From a virus (taxonomy: Duplodnaviria; Heunggongvirae; Uroviricota; Caudoviricetes): a stretch of DNA of 35,593 nucleotides. The notes under the pieces are model-generated. The model had not been told where the DNA came from. It ran no database searches and saw only the letters and a program-made list of their open reading frames with translations. The stretch lies in the IMG/VR virus record IMGVR_UViG_2703718859_000026. The stretch is one strand, 5' to 3'. Shown here one piece after another: positions 8,883 to 17,342 of the stretch. Made by a program: the position numbers and the translations under genes. Every line of letters begins with the position of its first letter. Position 1 is the first letter of the stretch.

Positions 8883-9251
8883 ATGAGCGCTGAACTGAAA
8901 CTGGTACTAATCAACCTTCTGGAAGAGGAATTCGGACATGGAATGGACAAGGTCACATTCGACTACGTTCTGCAAAAGAAAATCAAATCTCTGGGCTGTG
9001 AGTTGCAACGCTGTTTCACTGTCAGGCTGAAAGGTGATCGCAGGGGATTTATCGATCTTCTGGTTATTTCTCCCGATGGTCAGCGTTGCGCAGTTGAGGT
9101 GGATAACCGATCGCCCCGTCAGCGTTCACTGATGAAAATTCGAGCGCTTCCTGAAGGCATTTCGGGATTTGTTTTTCTCCGTGATGGCAAACATCCACAG
9201 CGTTATATCGCCGATGGTGTGGATGTCATCCGGGCGACCCGGTTTAAGTAA
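8883..9251 (+). CDS. Hypothetical protein, possible small nuclease-like fold
   Basis: 122 aa; segment GFIDLLVISPDGQRCAVEVDNRSP loosely resembles D...E-x-D/K nuclease cores (low confidence). Confidence 0.45.
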   Translation: MSAELKLVLINLLEEEFGHGMDKVTFDYVLQKKIKSLGCELQRCFTVRLKGDRRGFIDLLVISPDGQRCAVEVDNRSPRQRSLMKIRALPEGISGFVFLRDGKHPQRYIADGVDVIRATRFK

Positions 9252-9284
9252 TCACTGTATCAGCCCTGTCATCGGGAGAATACC

Positions 9285-10943
9285 ATGCTGAATATCAAGC
9301 CGAATTTTGCTCAGGAACGTGCGCTGAATATGTTGCGTCATGACTGGAAAACATATCAGTCCTTCATGATGTACATGCCTACAGGGAGTGGTAAAACCGG
9401 CCTGGCGGCGTTCATCACTGCTGGTCTGGTAAGCCGTGGCATGCGCGTTCTGTTTGTCGTTCCTTATACCATTTTGATCAACCAGACAGCACAGCGCTTT
9501 GTTCAGTACGGGCTTTCAGGGGATGAAATCAGCTTTATCTGGCGTGATCATCCCAATAACGACCCGTCACGACTGATTCAGATTTCCAGTGCGGATACGC
9601 TGATTCGCCGTGATTTTCCTCAGAATATCGACCTGCTGATTATTGATGAAGCGCATCTCCGTAAGCGCCGCATCCTCACGGAAATCGAACGACTGGTTGC
9701 AGAGGGAAATGTGAAGGTGATTGGGTTGTCCGGTACACCCTTTTCATCGTTCCTGGGGCGTTATTACCAGCGTCTTCTCAAGCCGACCACTATAGGGGAA
9801 CTGATCCAGCGTGGCGAACTGAGCAATTACGAATTTTATGCGCCCACGAAACCGGATCTGGAAGGTGTAAAAACGAAAGTCTCAATGGAGTACGGCAGGG
9901 ATTACGACGAATCACAACTGGCAGAGATTATGTGCGGCGCGGATCTGGTTGGCGATATTGTCGATAACTGGCTGTGTAACGGAAGGGATTTACCGACAGT
10001 GGCGTTCTGCGTCAATAAAACGCATGCCAGCTTCGTGACCATGCAGTTCAACAAAGCCGGAATTAACGCAGAGGTGATGGTTGCTGAAACGCCACATGAT
10101 GAGCGTCAGTTAATGATCAGTCGTTTTGAAACGGGAGCGACGAAAATCATTGTCAGCGTTGGCGTTCTGGTGGCGGGATTTGACAGTGATGTCCGGTGCA
10201 TCATTTACGCACGCCCGACAAAATCAGAGATTCGCTGGCTTCAGGCGATTGGGAGAGGATTGCGTACAGCGCCAGGCAAGGAGTCATGCCTGATTTTCGA
10301 CCATTCCGGTACGGTTCATCGCCTGGGATTTCCTGAAAATATTGAGTATGACGAACTGCCCGGCAAAAACGACGGGATGCAGGTGTCATCATCACGTGGT
10401 AACGAAATTCGGGAAGAAAAACTGCCGAAAGAATGTCCGGGGTGTCATTTCATGAAACCGGCAGGTGTTTATGTCTGTCCGAAATGCGGATTTAAACCGC
10501 TGGCTGGTGAGGATGTGAACACAGATACCCGCCGCAATATCAGGAAACTCAGCAAGGACGAAAAAATTTACACCAAAAGCGACAAACAGGCCTGGTGGAG
10601 TCAGATCAAATTCTATCAGCGTCAGCGTGCCTCTCTGGGGCGACCGGTCAGCGATGGATGGTGCGCTCACACTTTCCGGGAGAAGTTCGGCGAATGGCCT
10701 GACGGGCTGAGCAGTTTTCCGATGGAAATCACCCCGGAGGTCAGTAATTACATCAGACACAAATTCATCCGGTTTGCCAGAGGGCGTAGCCGGGCAGAGA
10801 AGATGACGGAAAAATCCCCCGAAGCGCTTTCTCTGTCCCTGCTTCATGGTGTCCGGTCTGGGGTGCCGGAAGGCAGTGAGTCGTGGCAGATCATGCAGGC
10901 AAAGCAACAACTTCAGAAAAACAGAAACAGTCTGAGTCAGTAA
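9285..10943 (+). CDS. Superfamily 2 DEAD/DEAH-box helicase with C-terminal zinc ribbon (replication helicase)
   Basis: Walker A MPTGSGKT, motif II IIDEAHL, motif VI QAIGRGLR; C-terminal CPGCHF ... CPKCGF. Confidence 0.85.
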   Translation: MLNIKPNFAQERALNMLRHDWKTYQSFMMYMPTGSGKTGLAAFITAGLVSRGMRVLFVVPYTILINQTAQRFVQYGLSGDEISFIWRDHPNNDPSRLIQISSADTLIRRDFPQNIDLLIIDEAHLRKRRILTEIERLVAEGNVKVIGLSGTPFSSFLGRYYQRLLKPTTIGELIQRGELSNYEFYAPTKPDLEGVKTKVSMEYGRDYDESQLAEIMCGADLVGDIVDNWLCNGRDLPTVAFCVNKTHASFVTMQFNKAGINAEVMVAETPHDERQLMISRFETGATKIIVSVGVLVAGFDSDVRCIIYARPTKSEIRWLQAIGRGLRTAPGKESCLIFDHSGTVHRLGFPENIEYDELPGKNDGMQVSSSRGNEIREEKLPKECPGCHFMKPAGVYVCPKCGFKPLAGEDVNTDTRRNIRKLSKDEKIYTKSDKQAWWSQIKFYQRQRASLGRPVSDGWCAHTFREKFGEWPDGLSSFPMEITPEVSNYIRHKFIRFARGRSRAEKMTEKSPEALSLSLLHGVRSGVPEGSESWQIMQAKQQLQKNRNSLSQ

Positions 10944-10944
10944 G

Positions 10945-11913
10945 ATGAAAACAGCAGAAGCAGCGAAAGGCCACTGGCCTGAAATTTTAAAACATTACGG
11001 ACTGCCGCCAGTCACGGGTAAAAAGCACTTCAAAGGGGAATGTCCGGTTTGTGGTGCCAGAGGTAAGTTCCGTATTGATGACCGTGATGGCACCGGAACG
11101 TGGATCTGTGTTTGTGGTAGCGGTGACGGCATGAAACTGATCGCTCTGACACAAAAAAGAGCGTTTCATGAAATTTGCGCTGAAATAGACCGCATCACGG
11201 GGAATGAATACCGGAGAGATAAACCGCCTGTGATCTGTACGTCGGAAAGCCTGAGATCGCGCATTCAGCGTCGATTTTCAGCGCTCACGTCGCTACAGGG
11301 AACATCTGGTGCTGAATATCTTCGTTCCCGTGGCATATTCAGTCTTCCGGTTGAGGGAGTTCGCTTCAACAGCCAGCAAAATTATAACGGGCGCATGTTC
11401 CAGTCTCTTTATGCCCTGGCGACCGATGACAAGGGAGAACTGTGTTACCTGCATCAGACATTGCTTGATGGAGCTAAAAAAGCAGACATTGGTATCAGCG
11501 CCAGAAGGCTCAAATCTTTACAGGACGATAACTATCTGGACCATGCCCGGTCAGTTGCTATCAGGATGTTTCCGGTAGCCAGTACACTGGGTATAGCTGA
11601 AGGTATCGAAACCGCGTTGTCCGCACATCAGATTTACAAAGTAAATACCTGGGCAACCATTAACAGTGGTTTTATGAAAAAGTTCCGCGTACCGGCGGGA
11701 GTCACCCATCTGATTATTTTTGCCGATCGCGATGAATACAGTGCTACCGGAATGGCTGCGGCCTGTGAATGCGCACATGCAAATCTCCAGGCCCGAAATG
11801 ACATTCAGCGGGTAAGTGTCCGGTGGCCTGATCATGATGATTTCAACAATATGCTCATGAACGGCGATCAGGTTCGGGAACTGGTTTTTTACAGAAAAAA
11901 GGCGGTTGCGTGA
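10945..11913 (+). CDS. DNA primase (zinc-binding N-terminus plus Toprim-like domain)
   Basis: N-terminal GECPVCGARGKFRIDDRDGTGTWICVCG zinc motif; acidic IIFADRDEY segment; translationally coupled to the helicase (2-nt gap). Confidence 0.7.
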   Translation: MKTAEAAKGHWPEILKHYGLPPVTGKKHFKGECPVCGARGKFRIDDRDGTGTWICVCGSGDGMKLIALTQKRAFHEICAEIDRITGNEYRRDKPPVICTSESLRSRIQRRFSALTSLQGTSGAEYLRSRGIFSLPVEGVRFNSQQNYNGRMFQSLYALATDDKGELCYLHQTLLDGAKKADIGISARRLKSLQDDNYLDHARSVAIRMFPVASTLGIAEGIETALSAHQIYKVNTWATINSGFMKKFRVPAGVTHLIIFADRDEYSATGMAAACECAHANLQARNDIQRVSVRWPDHDDFNNMLMNGDQVRELVFYRKKAVA

Positions 11914-12776
11914 TGCGTACGGACAATCAGGTACATAAAGCTTTATTCACTATCCCGACGGCAGCGTACAGCGCCGTTCCGGCAAATATCAAACCTCTGC
12001 CAGAACAAAGGAGGATCACCGGACATAAACAGACTGATGCTTATCTCTGGATTCTGGAGGTTATTCACCTGAACGAGGCCGTACATCTGGACGCAGCCGA
12101 AGCAGCACTGGAGAAACTCAAAATAACGCCGGAAGAAGCGAGTGAACGGTATGGACGTTATTTGCAGGAGATTAATGTTGATCCTTTCCAGATTGCTTTC
12201 GCAACCATAGGCATGGATAACCCGGCGCAGGCGATCAGGAATGCCCGTGAGAATATCAAAAAATCCTCATCAGTCAGGGCCACATTTGGCAGCTATGAGG
12301 CAGCACTCGACGATGTGGAGGCTGAGCGGATAATTCGCACCTCCCCGAAATTTATCGACGATTACTACTGGGGCTGGACTGCGGCAGAGAAAAAAGCCGG
12401 AAGTATTGACGGTGTTCGCTCAAATGAAATTGATGATCAGCGTCGTGCATATGTTGATGGCTATCGTGATGTACTGCCAGAGCCTCATACATTGTCAGAC
12501 GTTGTTCGTGAGTTTATTTACTGGGACTGGCTTTATGAGATGCGCCAGACAGCGGGGAGAGAAACAGGGGACAAATACGGTTTCACAGGTGAACATCATG
12601 AGTCAGTATATGATCGGCAGTTCTGGCTCGAAAATTTGCTGGGAAAAATAAAGCCTGTGACGCGTGATGAAGCGGTTGAAGTGTGTCGCTGGTTTCTGGC
12701 AAGCGGAAAAGATGAGTACATGGAAGACAATGGTTCAGCGGTCATTCTCAATCTGGTTGGGGAGTGTGAGCAATGA
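11910..12776 (+). CDS. Hypothetical protein (nin-region equivalent)
   Basis: 288 aa ORF overlapping the primase stop by 4 nt. Confidence 0.5.
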   Translation: MMRTDNQVHKALFTIPTAAYSAVPANIKPLPEQRRITGHKQTDAYLWILEVIHLNEAVHLDAAEAALEKLKITPEEASERYGRYLQEINVDPFQIAFATIGMDNPAQAIRNARENIKKSSSVRATFGSYEAALDDVEAERIIRTSPKFIDDYYWGWTAAEKKAGSIDGVRSNEIDDQRRAYVDGYRDVLPEPHTLSDVVREFIYWDWLYEMRQTAGRETGDKYGFTGEHHESVYDRQFWLENLLGKIKPVTRDEAVEVCRWFLASGKDEYMEDNGSAVILNLVGECEQ

Positions 12777-12830
12777 AGCCGGAGATATCCAGTAGACATT
12801 TTCCCCCTGAGCATTCAAATCAGAAAAAGT

Positions 12831-13280
12831 ATGGTTACAGCGGAGTACAGAATAATGCGTGATATCCAACAGGTTCTGTCCCGATGGGGTGCATGGGTGG
12901 TAAATAATCATGAGAGTGTGGCATGGTCCGGCGTCGCTGCCGGATTTAAGGGAGTGATCCCATCAAAGGTTAAATCACGGCCTCAGTGTACCGATGATGA
13001 TGCGCTGATTATCAGCAATTGCATGGCGCAACTGAACGTCAACAACAGCGATTTGCATGATTTTCTGTATGATTATTATGTGTTCGGGATGACGCTTATG
13101 GGACTGGGCCGTAAGCATGAGCGCTCTGATTGCTGGGCCGGGCGGGTACTGCAAAAAGCTGAAGGTGTTATTGAGGGGATGTTGATTATGCAGGGAATAA
13201 AACTGGAAATGGACAGATACGTTGAGCGTGAACGATCAAGGGCACAGGTCAGTCAGTTTTCCGGACATACGGGAAATTGA
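12831..13280 (+). CDS. Q: Late-gene antiterminator Q (933W/Stx-phage type)
   Basis: [20 protein letters not shown] ... [14 protein letters not shown] ... [11 protein letters not shown] closely matches remembered Q of Stx phages; probable start ATG about 12855. Confidence 0.8.
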   Translation: MVTAEYRIMRDIQQVLSRWGAWVVNNHESVAWSGVAAGFKGVIPSKVKSRPQCTDDDALIISNCMAQLNVNNSDLHDFLYDYYVFGMTLMGLGRKHERSDCWAGRVLQKAEGVIEGMLIMQGIKLEMDRYVERERSRAQVSQFSGHTGN

Positions 13281-13304
13281 AAGCGCGGGGTTTTACTGTA
13301 GAAT
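13277..13304 (+). promoter_or_regulatory. PR'-like late promoter candidate (TTGAAA - 16 nt - TAGAAT)
   Basis: Near-consensus sigma70 -35/-10 pair overlapping the Q stop codon, the expected position of PR'. Confidence 0.4.
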
Positions 13305-13639
13305 GACTGCGGGTGCTTGAGGGGGTCTGCCTCGGGCATGCTGCCGTAAGGCAGACGGAGAAAAGCCCCAGTTAACATTACGTGTCCTGCAAGACGCTTA
13401 ACATTAATCTGAGGCCCAATCTATGTCACACAACCGTAGGTTAGCCTCTTACGTGCCGGAAGGCAAGGAGAAGCAGTCTATGAAGCAGCAAAAGGCGATG
13501 TTAATTCGCCCTGATCGTCATCTGTTTAACCGTCATAGTGACGGCACTGGTAACGAGGAAAGACCTCTGCGAGGTACGAAATGTGTCAGGCATCCTCAAC
13601 GCACCCGTACTTTATTTGTCATATGCTCCGCAAAATGCA

Positions 13640-13671
13640 GGTTGTCGTTGCAACCCGTGCGGTAATTTTTT
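13640..13671 (+). terminator. Weak tR'-like terminator candidate
   Basis: Short stem GGTTG/CAACC followed about 10 nt later by T6; imperfect. Confidence 0.25.
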
Positions 13672-13718
13672 GTGTGCGAGTGCTCAAAAAACGTTGATTT
13701 TCATAAAAGGATGATTTT

Positions 13719-15800
13719 ATGCTGCCAGACCAGCGACCAGCGACCAGCGACCGTAAATCAAGAAAGTCTGTAAAATCTGTTGAACCAGACATTGCCGACC
13801 GGGCTAACAGCTGGCTCAAATCTTATGGACTTGATTACAAACTGGAGCAGGCACCACTTAACAACGAGATCGATAACGCACTGGATGCTTATTTTTCGAA
13901 AAATGGCGGCGCAGGCGGTAATCGTCCCGACGTAAAACTCCTTGTTCAGGACAAATACGGCAAGCAGTATCCCGTTCTCATCGAGTATAAAGGCTACAAG
14001 GACAGGCTTATCAGACTTGGCAGCAACGGTATTATTGAGAACAAAGATGCCAGAAAAGAATGGAATTTTAAAAATATTAATGGATACGCGGTGAATGGCG
14101 CAGTCCATTATGCCAACGCACTTCTTCAGTTCACCAATTACCCTGATATTATTGCTATTGGTATGACCGGCTGGCGCGATGATGATACAGGCGAACTGCA
14201 TCATGAAATCGGCGTGTGGTACGTATCAAAGAATAATTTAGGAGCCGGGCAGAAGGTTGGTGAATTCACCGACTTATCATTCCTTGCTGACAAAAATGTT
14301 GATGGATTTCTCAACAAGATAAAGCTGCTTAATCTTCCTCCCGAAGAACTGGAAAAAATCAAGGCCAGCAAAGAGGAAGAGATAGACACGCGACTTTCCC
14401 GTCTGAATAACGATATTTACCAGAATGAAAAGGGGCTTGGTGAAAGCGATCGTGTTTACCTTGTTGTGGCTACCGTTATTGCAACGTTGGGGATTCCGGG
14501 AAAGTTAGCACCGCTGGATAAAAAAGAACTGACCTCTTCAACGGAGGAGGACTTGCGTGATGGTGATATTATTTTCAGGAAAATAAGGAATTTTTTAAGG
14601 CTGAAAGCTGTTCCTGAAACAAAAAGAGAAATGATTTTGCGCTCGTTGCAAAATACGCTGTGGACTGAAAACATTAACAAACCAGTCAACGGTGAAAGCC
14701 AGTTAAAGCGCGTGTTTGTTAAAGTTGTTGATGATCTTGGGGAGTATTACAAAATCGGACTGACCACCGATTTTACGGGCAAACTGTTTAATGAGATGTA
14801 TCGCTGGCTTGGATTTACGCAGGACAAACTCAATGACGTCGTTCTGACACCACCTTATGTTGCCACATTGCTGGCACGACTCGCCAGAGTAAACAAAGAT
14901 TCCTATGTGTGGGATTTTGCTACAGGTTCTGCGGGATTGCTTGTGGCTGCAATGAATGAAATGCTCATTGACGCCAGAGAAAATATTCACTCACCGAATG
15001 AACTACAACTTAAGGAAGCGCAAATCAAGGCTGAACAGCTTCTTGGCCTTGAGGTGTTATCCAGTATTTATATGCTGGCCATCCTGAATATGATTTTGAT
15101 GGGGGATGGTAGCTCGAATATCCTCAATAAAGACTCGCTGGCCGATTTTGACGGCAAGTATGGATTTGGGAAAACAGGAGAAAAATTCCCTGCGGACGCA
15201 TTTATTCTCAATCCTCCGTATTCAGCTAAAGGTAACGGCATGATTTTCGTGCAGAAGGCGCTGTCGATGATGGATAAAGGCTATGCTGCAGTGATTATCC
15301 AGAGTTCAGCCGGCACAGGAAAGGCTACGGAGTACAACAAAAAAATACTCAAGGAAAATACCTTGCTGGCAAGCATCAAAATGCCTGCGGATCTGTTTAT
15401 TGGTAAATCAAGCGTTCAGACGTACATTTACGTTTTTCAGGTAAAAATTCCGCATAACGCGAAACAGGCTGTTAAGTTTATCGACTTTTCCAATGACGGC
15501 TATGCTCGCTCTAATCGCAAAAAGGCAAGAAACAATCTTGTTGATGCCGATCGTGCAAAAGAGCGTTATCAGGAGGTTGTGGATCTGGTTCACTTCGGGA
15601 AAGGTTGCCTTAATATCTTTACGGAGGATGAATATTTTGAGGGAACAATCGATCCTGATAGTGGTGAGGACTGGAATCAGACCAGGCCAGTAGATACCAG
15701 ACCGACACTGGAGGATTTTAAAAAGACGGTTGGCGACTATCTTGCGTGGGAGGTGTCAAAACTTCTTCAGGGGCGTGATGCGTCAGAAAAAAAGCAGTAA
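13719..15800 (+). CDS. Restriction-modification enzyme subunit: N-terminal PD-(D/E)xK-like nuclease motif fused to gamma-class N6-adenine DNA methyltransferase (BcgI-A / MmeI-like)
   Basis: 693 aa; NRPD71-x17-E89-Y-K91; motif I VWDFATGSAGLLVAA then motif IV FILNPPYSAKG in gamma order; AT-rich relative to flanking phage genes. Confidence 0.7.
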   Translation: MLPDQRPATSDRKSRKSVKSVEPDIADRANSWLKSYGLDYKLEQAPLNNEIDNALDAYFSKNGGAGGNRPDVKLLVQDKYGKQYPVLIEYKGYKDRLIRLGSNGIIENKDARKEWNFKNINGYAVNGAVHYANALLQFTNYPDIIAIGMTGWRDDDTGELHHEIGVWYVSKNNLGAGQKVGEFTDLSFLADKNVDGFLNKIKLLNLPPEELEKIKASKEEEIDTRLSRLNNDIYQNEKGLGESDRVYLVVATVIATLGIPGKLAPLDKKELTSSTEEDLRDGDIIFRKIRNFLRLKAVPETKREMILRSLQNTLWTENINKPVNGESQLKRVFVKVVDDLGEYYKIGLTTDFTGKLFNEMYRWLGFTQDKLNDVVLTPPYVATLLARLARVNKDSYVWDFATGSAGLLVAAMNEMLIDARENIHSPNELQLKEAQIKAEQLLGLEVLSSIYMLAILNMILMGDGSSNILNKDSLADFDGKYGFGKTGEKFPADAFILNPPYSAKGNGMIFVQKALSMMDKGYAAVIIQSSAGTGKATEYNKKILKENTLLASIKMPADLFIGKSSVQTYIYVFQVKIPHNAKQAVKFIDFSNDGYARSNRKKARNNLVDADRAKERYQEVVDLVHFGKGCLNIFTEDEYFEGTIDPDSGEDWNQTRPVDTRPTLEDFKKTVGDYLAWEVSKLLQGRDASEKKQ

Positions 15801-15834
15801 ACTCCCGTCTTGCAGAGCTTGAGCGGGAGTTTAT
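15788..15834 (+). promoter_or_regulatory. Candidate -1 programmed frameshift signal: A AAA AAG heptamer plus 10-bp stem-loop (alternatively an intrinsic terminator)
   Basis: Heptamer at the last two Lys codons of the methyltransferase ORF; stem TAAACTCCCG / CGGGAGTTTA with 16-nt loop begins about 3 nt downstream; the -1 frame is open into the next ORF. Confidence 0.4.
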
Positions 15835-15874
15835 TAAATCTGGTGGTAAATGGGAAGAATACACAATCGAAAGA

Positions 15875-16402
15875 TTGTTCAGTATTCAGACACCTAAAAA
15901 GAAATTTAATGCCAATAAATTAACATTTAATGGCAACTATCCTTATGTTGCCAGAGGAAGTAACAATAACGGCATAAAAGGATATATAGATGAAGATGAA
16001 TTATATCTCAACCCGGGGAATACAATTAGCTTTGGTCAGGATACTGCGACCATGTTCTATCAGGAAAACGCATATTTCACAGGTGATAAAATAAAGATTT
16101 TTTCTCTCAGACATGGAGAGTTAAATTCGCGAATTGCTGTTTTTCTTATATCAGCAATGAAAAAATCTTTTTCAACGTTTAGTTGGGGGAGTAGCTCTTT
16201 TAATGAGAATGTTCTCAATAAGGTAAAGATAAATATACCTACGTTTAATAATGTTCCTGCATATAATTATATGGTAAAGTATATAGAAGAGCTGGAAGCG
16301 GCCCATATAGAAGAGCTGGAAGCGGCCCATATAGAAGAGCTGGAAGCTTACTTGCTGGTTAGCGGACTCGCGGACTCGCGGACTCGCGGACTCGCGGACT
16401 GA
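15875..16402 (+). CDS. Specificity (S/B) subunit, first target-recognition domain plus repeat linker; no ATG start (track start is TTG)
   Basis: 175 aa; TRD-like segment LTFNGNYPYVARGSNNNGIKGYID; C-terminal IEELEAAH repeats; frame open upstream back to within the methyltransferase 3' end. Confidence 0.6.
   Translation: MFSIQTPKKKFNANKLTFNGNYPYVARGSNNNGIKGYIDEDELYLNPGNTISFGQDTATMFYQENAYFTGDKIKIFSLRHGELNSRIAVFLISAMKKSFSTFSWGSSSFNENVLNKVKINIPTFNNVPAYNYMVKYIEELEAAHIEELEAAHIEELEAYLLVSGLADSRTRGLAD
16281..16348 (+). repeat. 24-bp in-frame tandem repeat, about 2.8 copies (ATATAGAAGAGCTGGAAGCGGCCC), encoding (IEELEAAH)n
   Basis: Visible directly in DNA and in the translated ORF (YIEELEAAHIEELEAAHIEELEA). 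Confidence 0.9.
16362..16400 (+). repeat. 8-bp tandem repeat GCGGACTC, about 4.9 copies, at the junction of the two TRD ORFs
   Basis: AGCGGACTCGCGGACTCGCGGACTCGCGGACTCGCGGACTGA; unit length not a multiple of 3. Confidence 0.9.
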
Positions 16403-16464
16403 TAAGCTATGAGCTTACACCACAGGAATATAACGCGATTGAGCTATTAAATAGCAATAATCTT

Positions 16465-16986
16465 ATGTGGGGCACTTATAACCTCAAAAAGTTATTTGGC
16501 CCCGCAATAAGAGGTAAGCGTCTGAAAAACGCAGATCGTATACCCGGCTCCTTGCCTTTTGTTACTGCGGGTGAAGGCAATGAAGGTATTTCTGCATTTA
16601 TCAGTAATGATGTTGTTGTATTCCCTGAAAATACCATTACGATAGATATGTTTGGCTCCGCAAAATACAGAAATTATGAGTATGGTGCAGATGACCATGT
16701 GGCAGTTGTTCATACAGAATTCTTTGACAGAAATGCCGTTATTTTCATAACAGCATCAATTCATAAGTCTTCTTGTACCGGAAAGTTCAACTACGGGAGA
16801 AATTTCTATGCAAAAGATGCCGACGAGTTAATGGTATCTTTGCCGTCAAAAGATAATAACCCTGATTATTCTTTCATGGAGACGCTAATTCTAGCAGTAC
16901 ATAAACTGGTCATCAAAGATGTTGTCCAGTACACTGATAAAAAGCTGGTAGCGTACAGGCAGATTACATCTGAGAAGGTTGTTTAG
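16465..16986 (+). CDS. Specificity (S/B) subunit, second target-recognition domain, in a different frame from the first
   Basis: 173 aa; TRD-like segment RIPGSLPFVTAGEGNEGISAFIS paralogous to the first TRD; frame open upstream through the 8-bp repeats; no Shine-Dalgarno seen. Confidence 0.6.
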   Translation: MWGTYNLKKLFGPAIRGKRLKNADRIPGSLPFVTAGEGNEGISAFISNDVVVFPENTITIDMFGSAKYRNYEYGADDHVAVVHTEFFDRNAVIFITASIHKSSCTGKFNYGRNFYAKDADELMVSLPSKDNNPDYSFMETLILAVHKLVIKDVVQYTDKKLVAYRQITSEKVV

Positions 16987-17108
16987 TGCAAATCCCCACC
17001 TGACAGGGTGGGGAATGGTCAGGTTATCGTGCCCTGATGCAGAAAAACAGTTTACAATCGTAAAAATCATCATATCATGACAAAAGTGGTTACATTGCCA
17101 CGCTGCTT

Positions 17109-17133
17109 AACCCGCCGATGCGCGGGTTTTTTG
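17109..17133 (+). terminator. Rho-independent terminator
   Basis: Stem AACCCGC/GCGGGTT, 6-nt loop, T6 tail. Confidence 0.6.
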
Positions 17134-17312
17134 TATCCAGAATCCTGTAAGTTATACGGAAAGTACACAGAAAGGAAGGTGCGACCGCAATTAATAACAA
17201 AATCTTAAAAATCGCATATGGCACTATTAGTTTTCTAAATATTGTATATTTTAAGTATTGCAGGATGACCCTGTAACGAAGTTTGCGTAACAGCATTTTG
17301 CTCTACGAGTTT

Positions 17313-17342
17313 GCCAGCCTCCCCCAGTGGCTGGCTTTTTTT
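17313..17342 (+). terminator. Rho-independent terminator
   Basis: Stem GCCAGCC/GGCTGGC, 9-nt loop, T7 tail. Confidence 0.65.

Noticed and set aside
13423-13665. 80-aa ORF between PR' and the restriction-modification ORF
   Set aside because: Lies in the expected PR'/qut leader (6S-RNA-like) region, has odd basic composition and ends in the tR'-like element; more likely non-coding.
13758-14990. Minus-strand ORFs inside the methyltransferase gene (13758..14204, 14201..14389, 14456..14689, 14703..14990)
   Set aside because: Antisense to an ORF with clear methyltransferase motifs; AT-rich region generates long shadow frames.
15875-16402. Treating the split TRD ORFs as simple pseudogene fragments
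   Set aside because: Both TRD frames are fully open and the breaks coincide exactly with a slippery heptamer and an 8-bp repeat tract, which fits regulated frame switching better than decay; kept as a finding, though sequencing error at the A7 tract remains possible.
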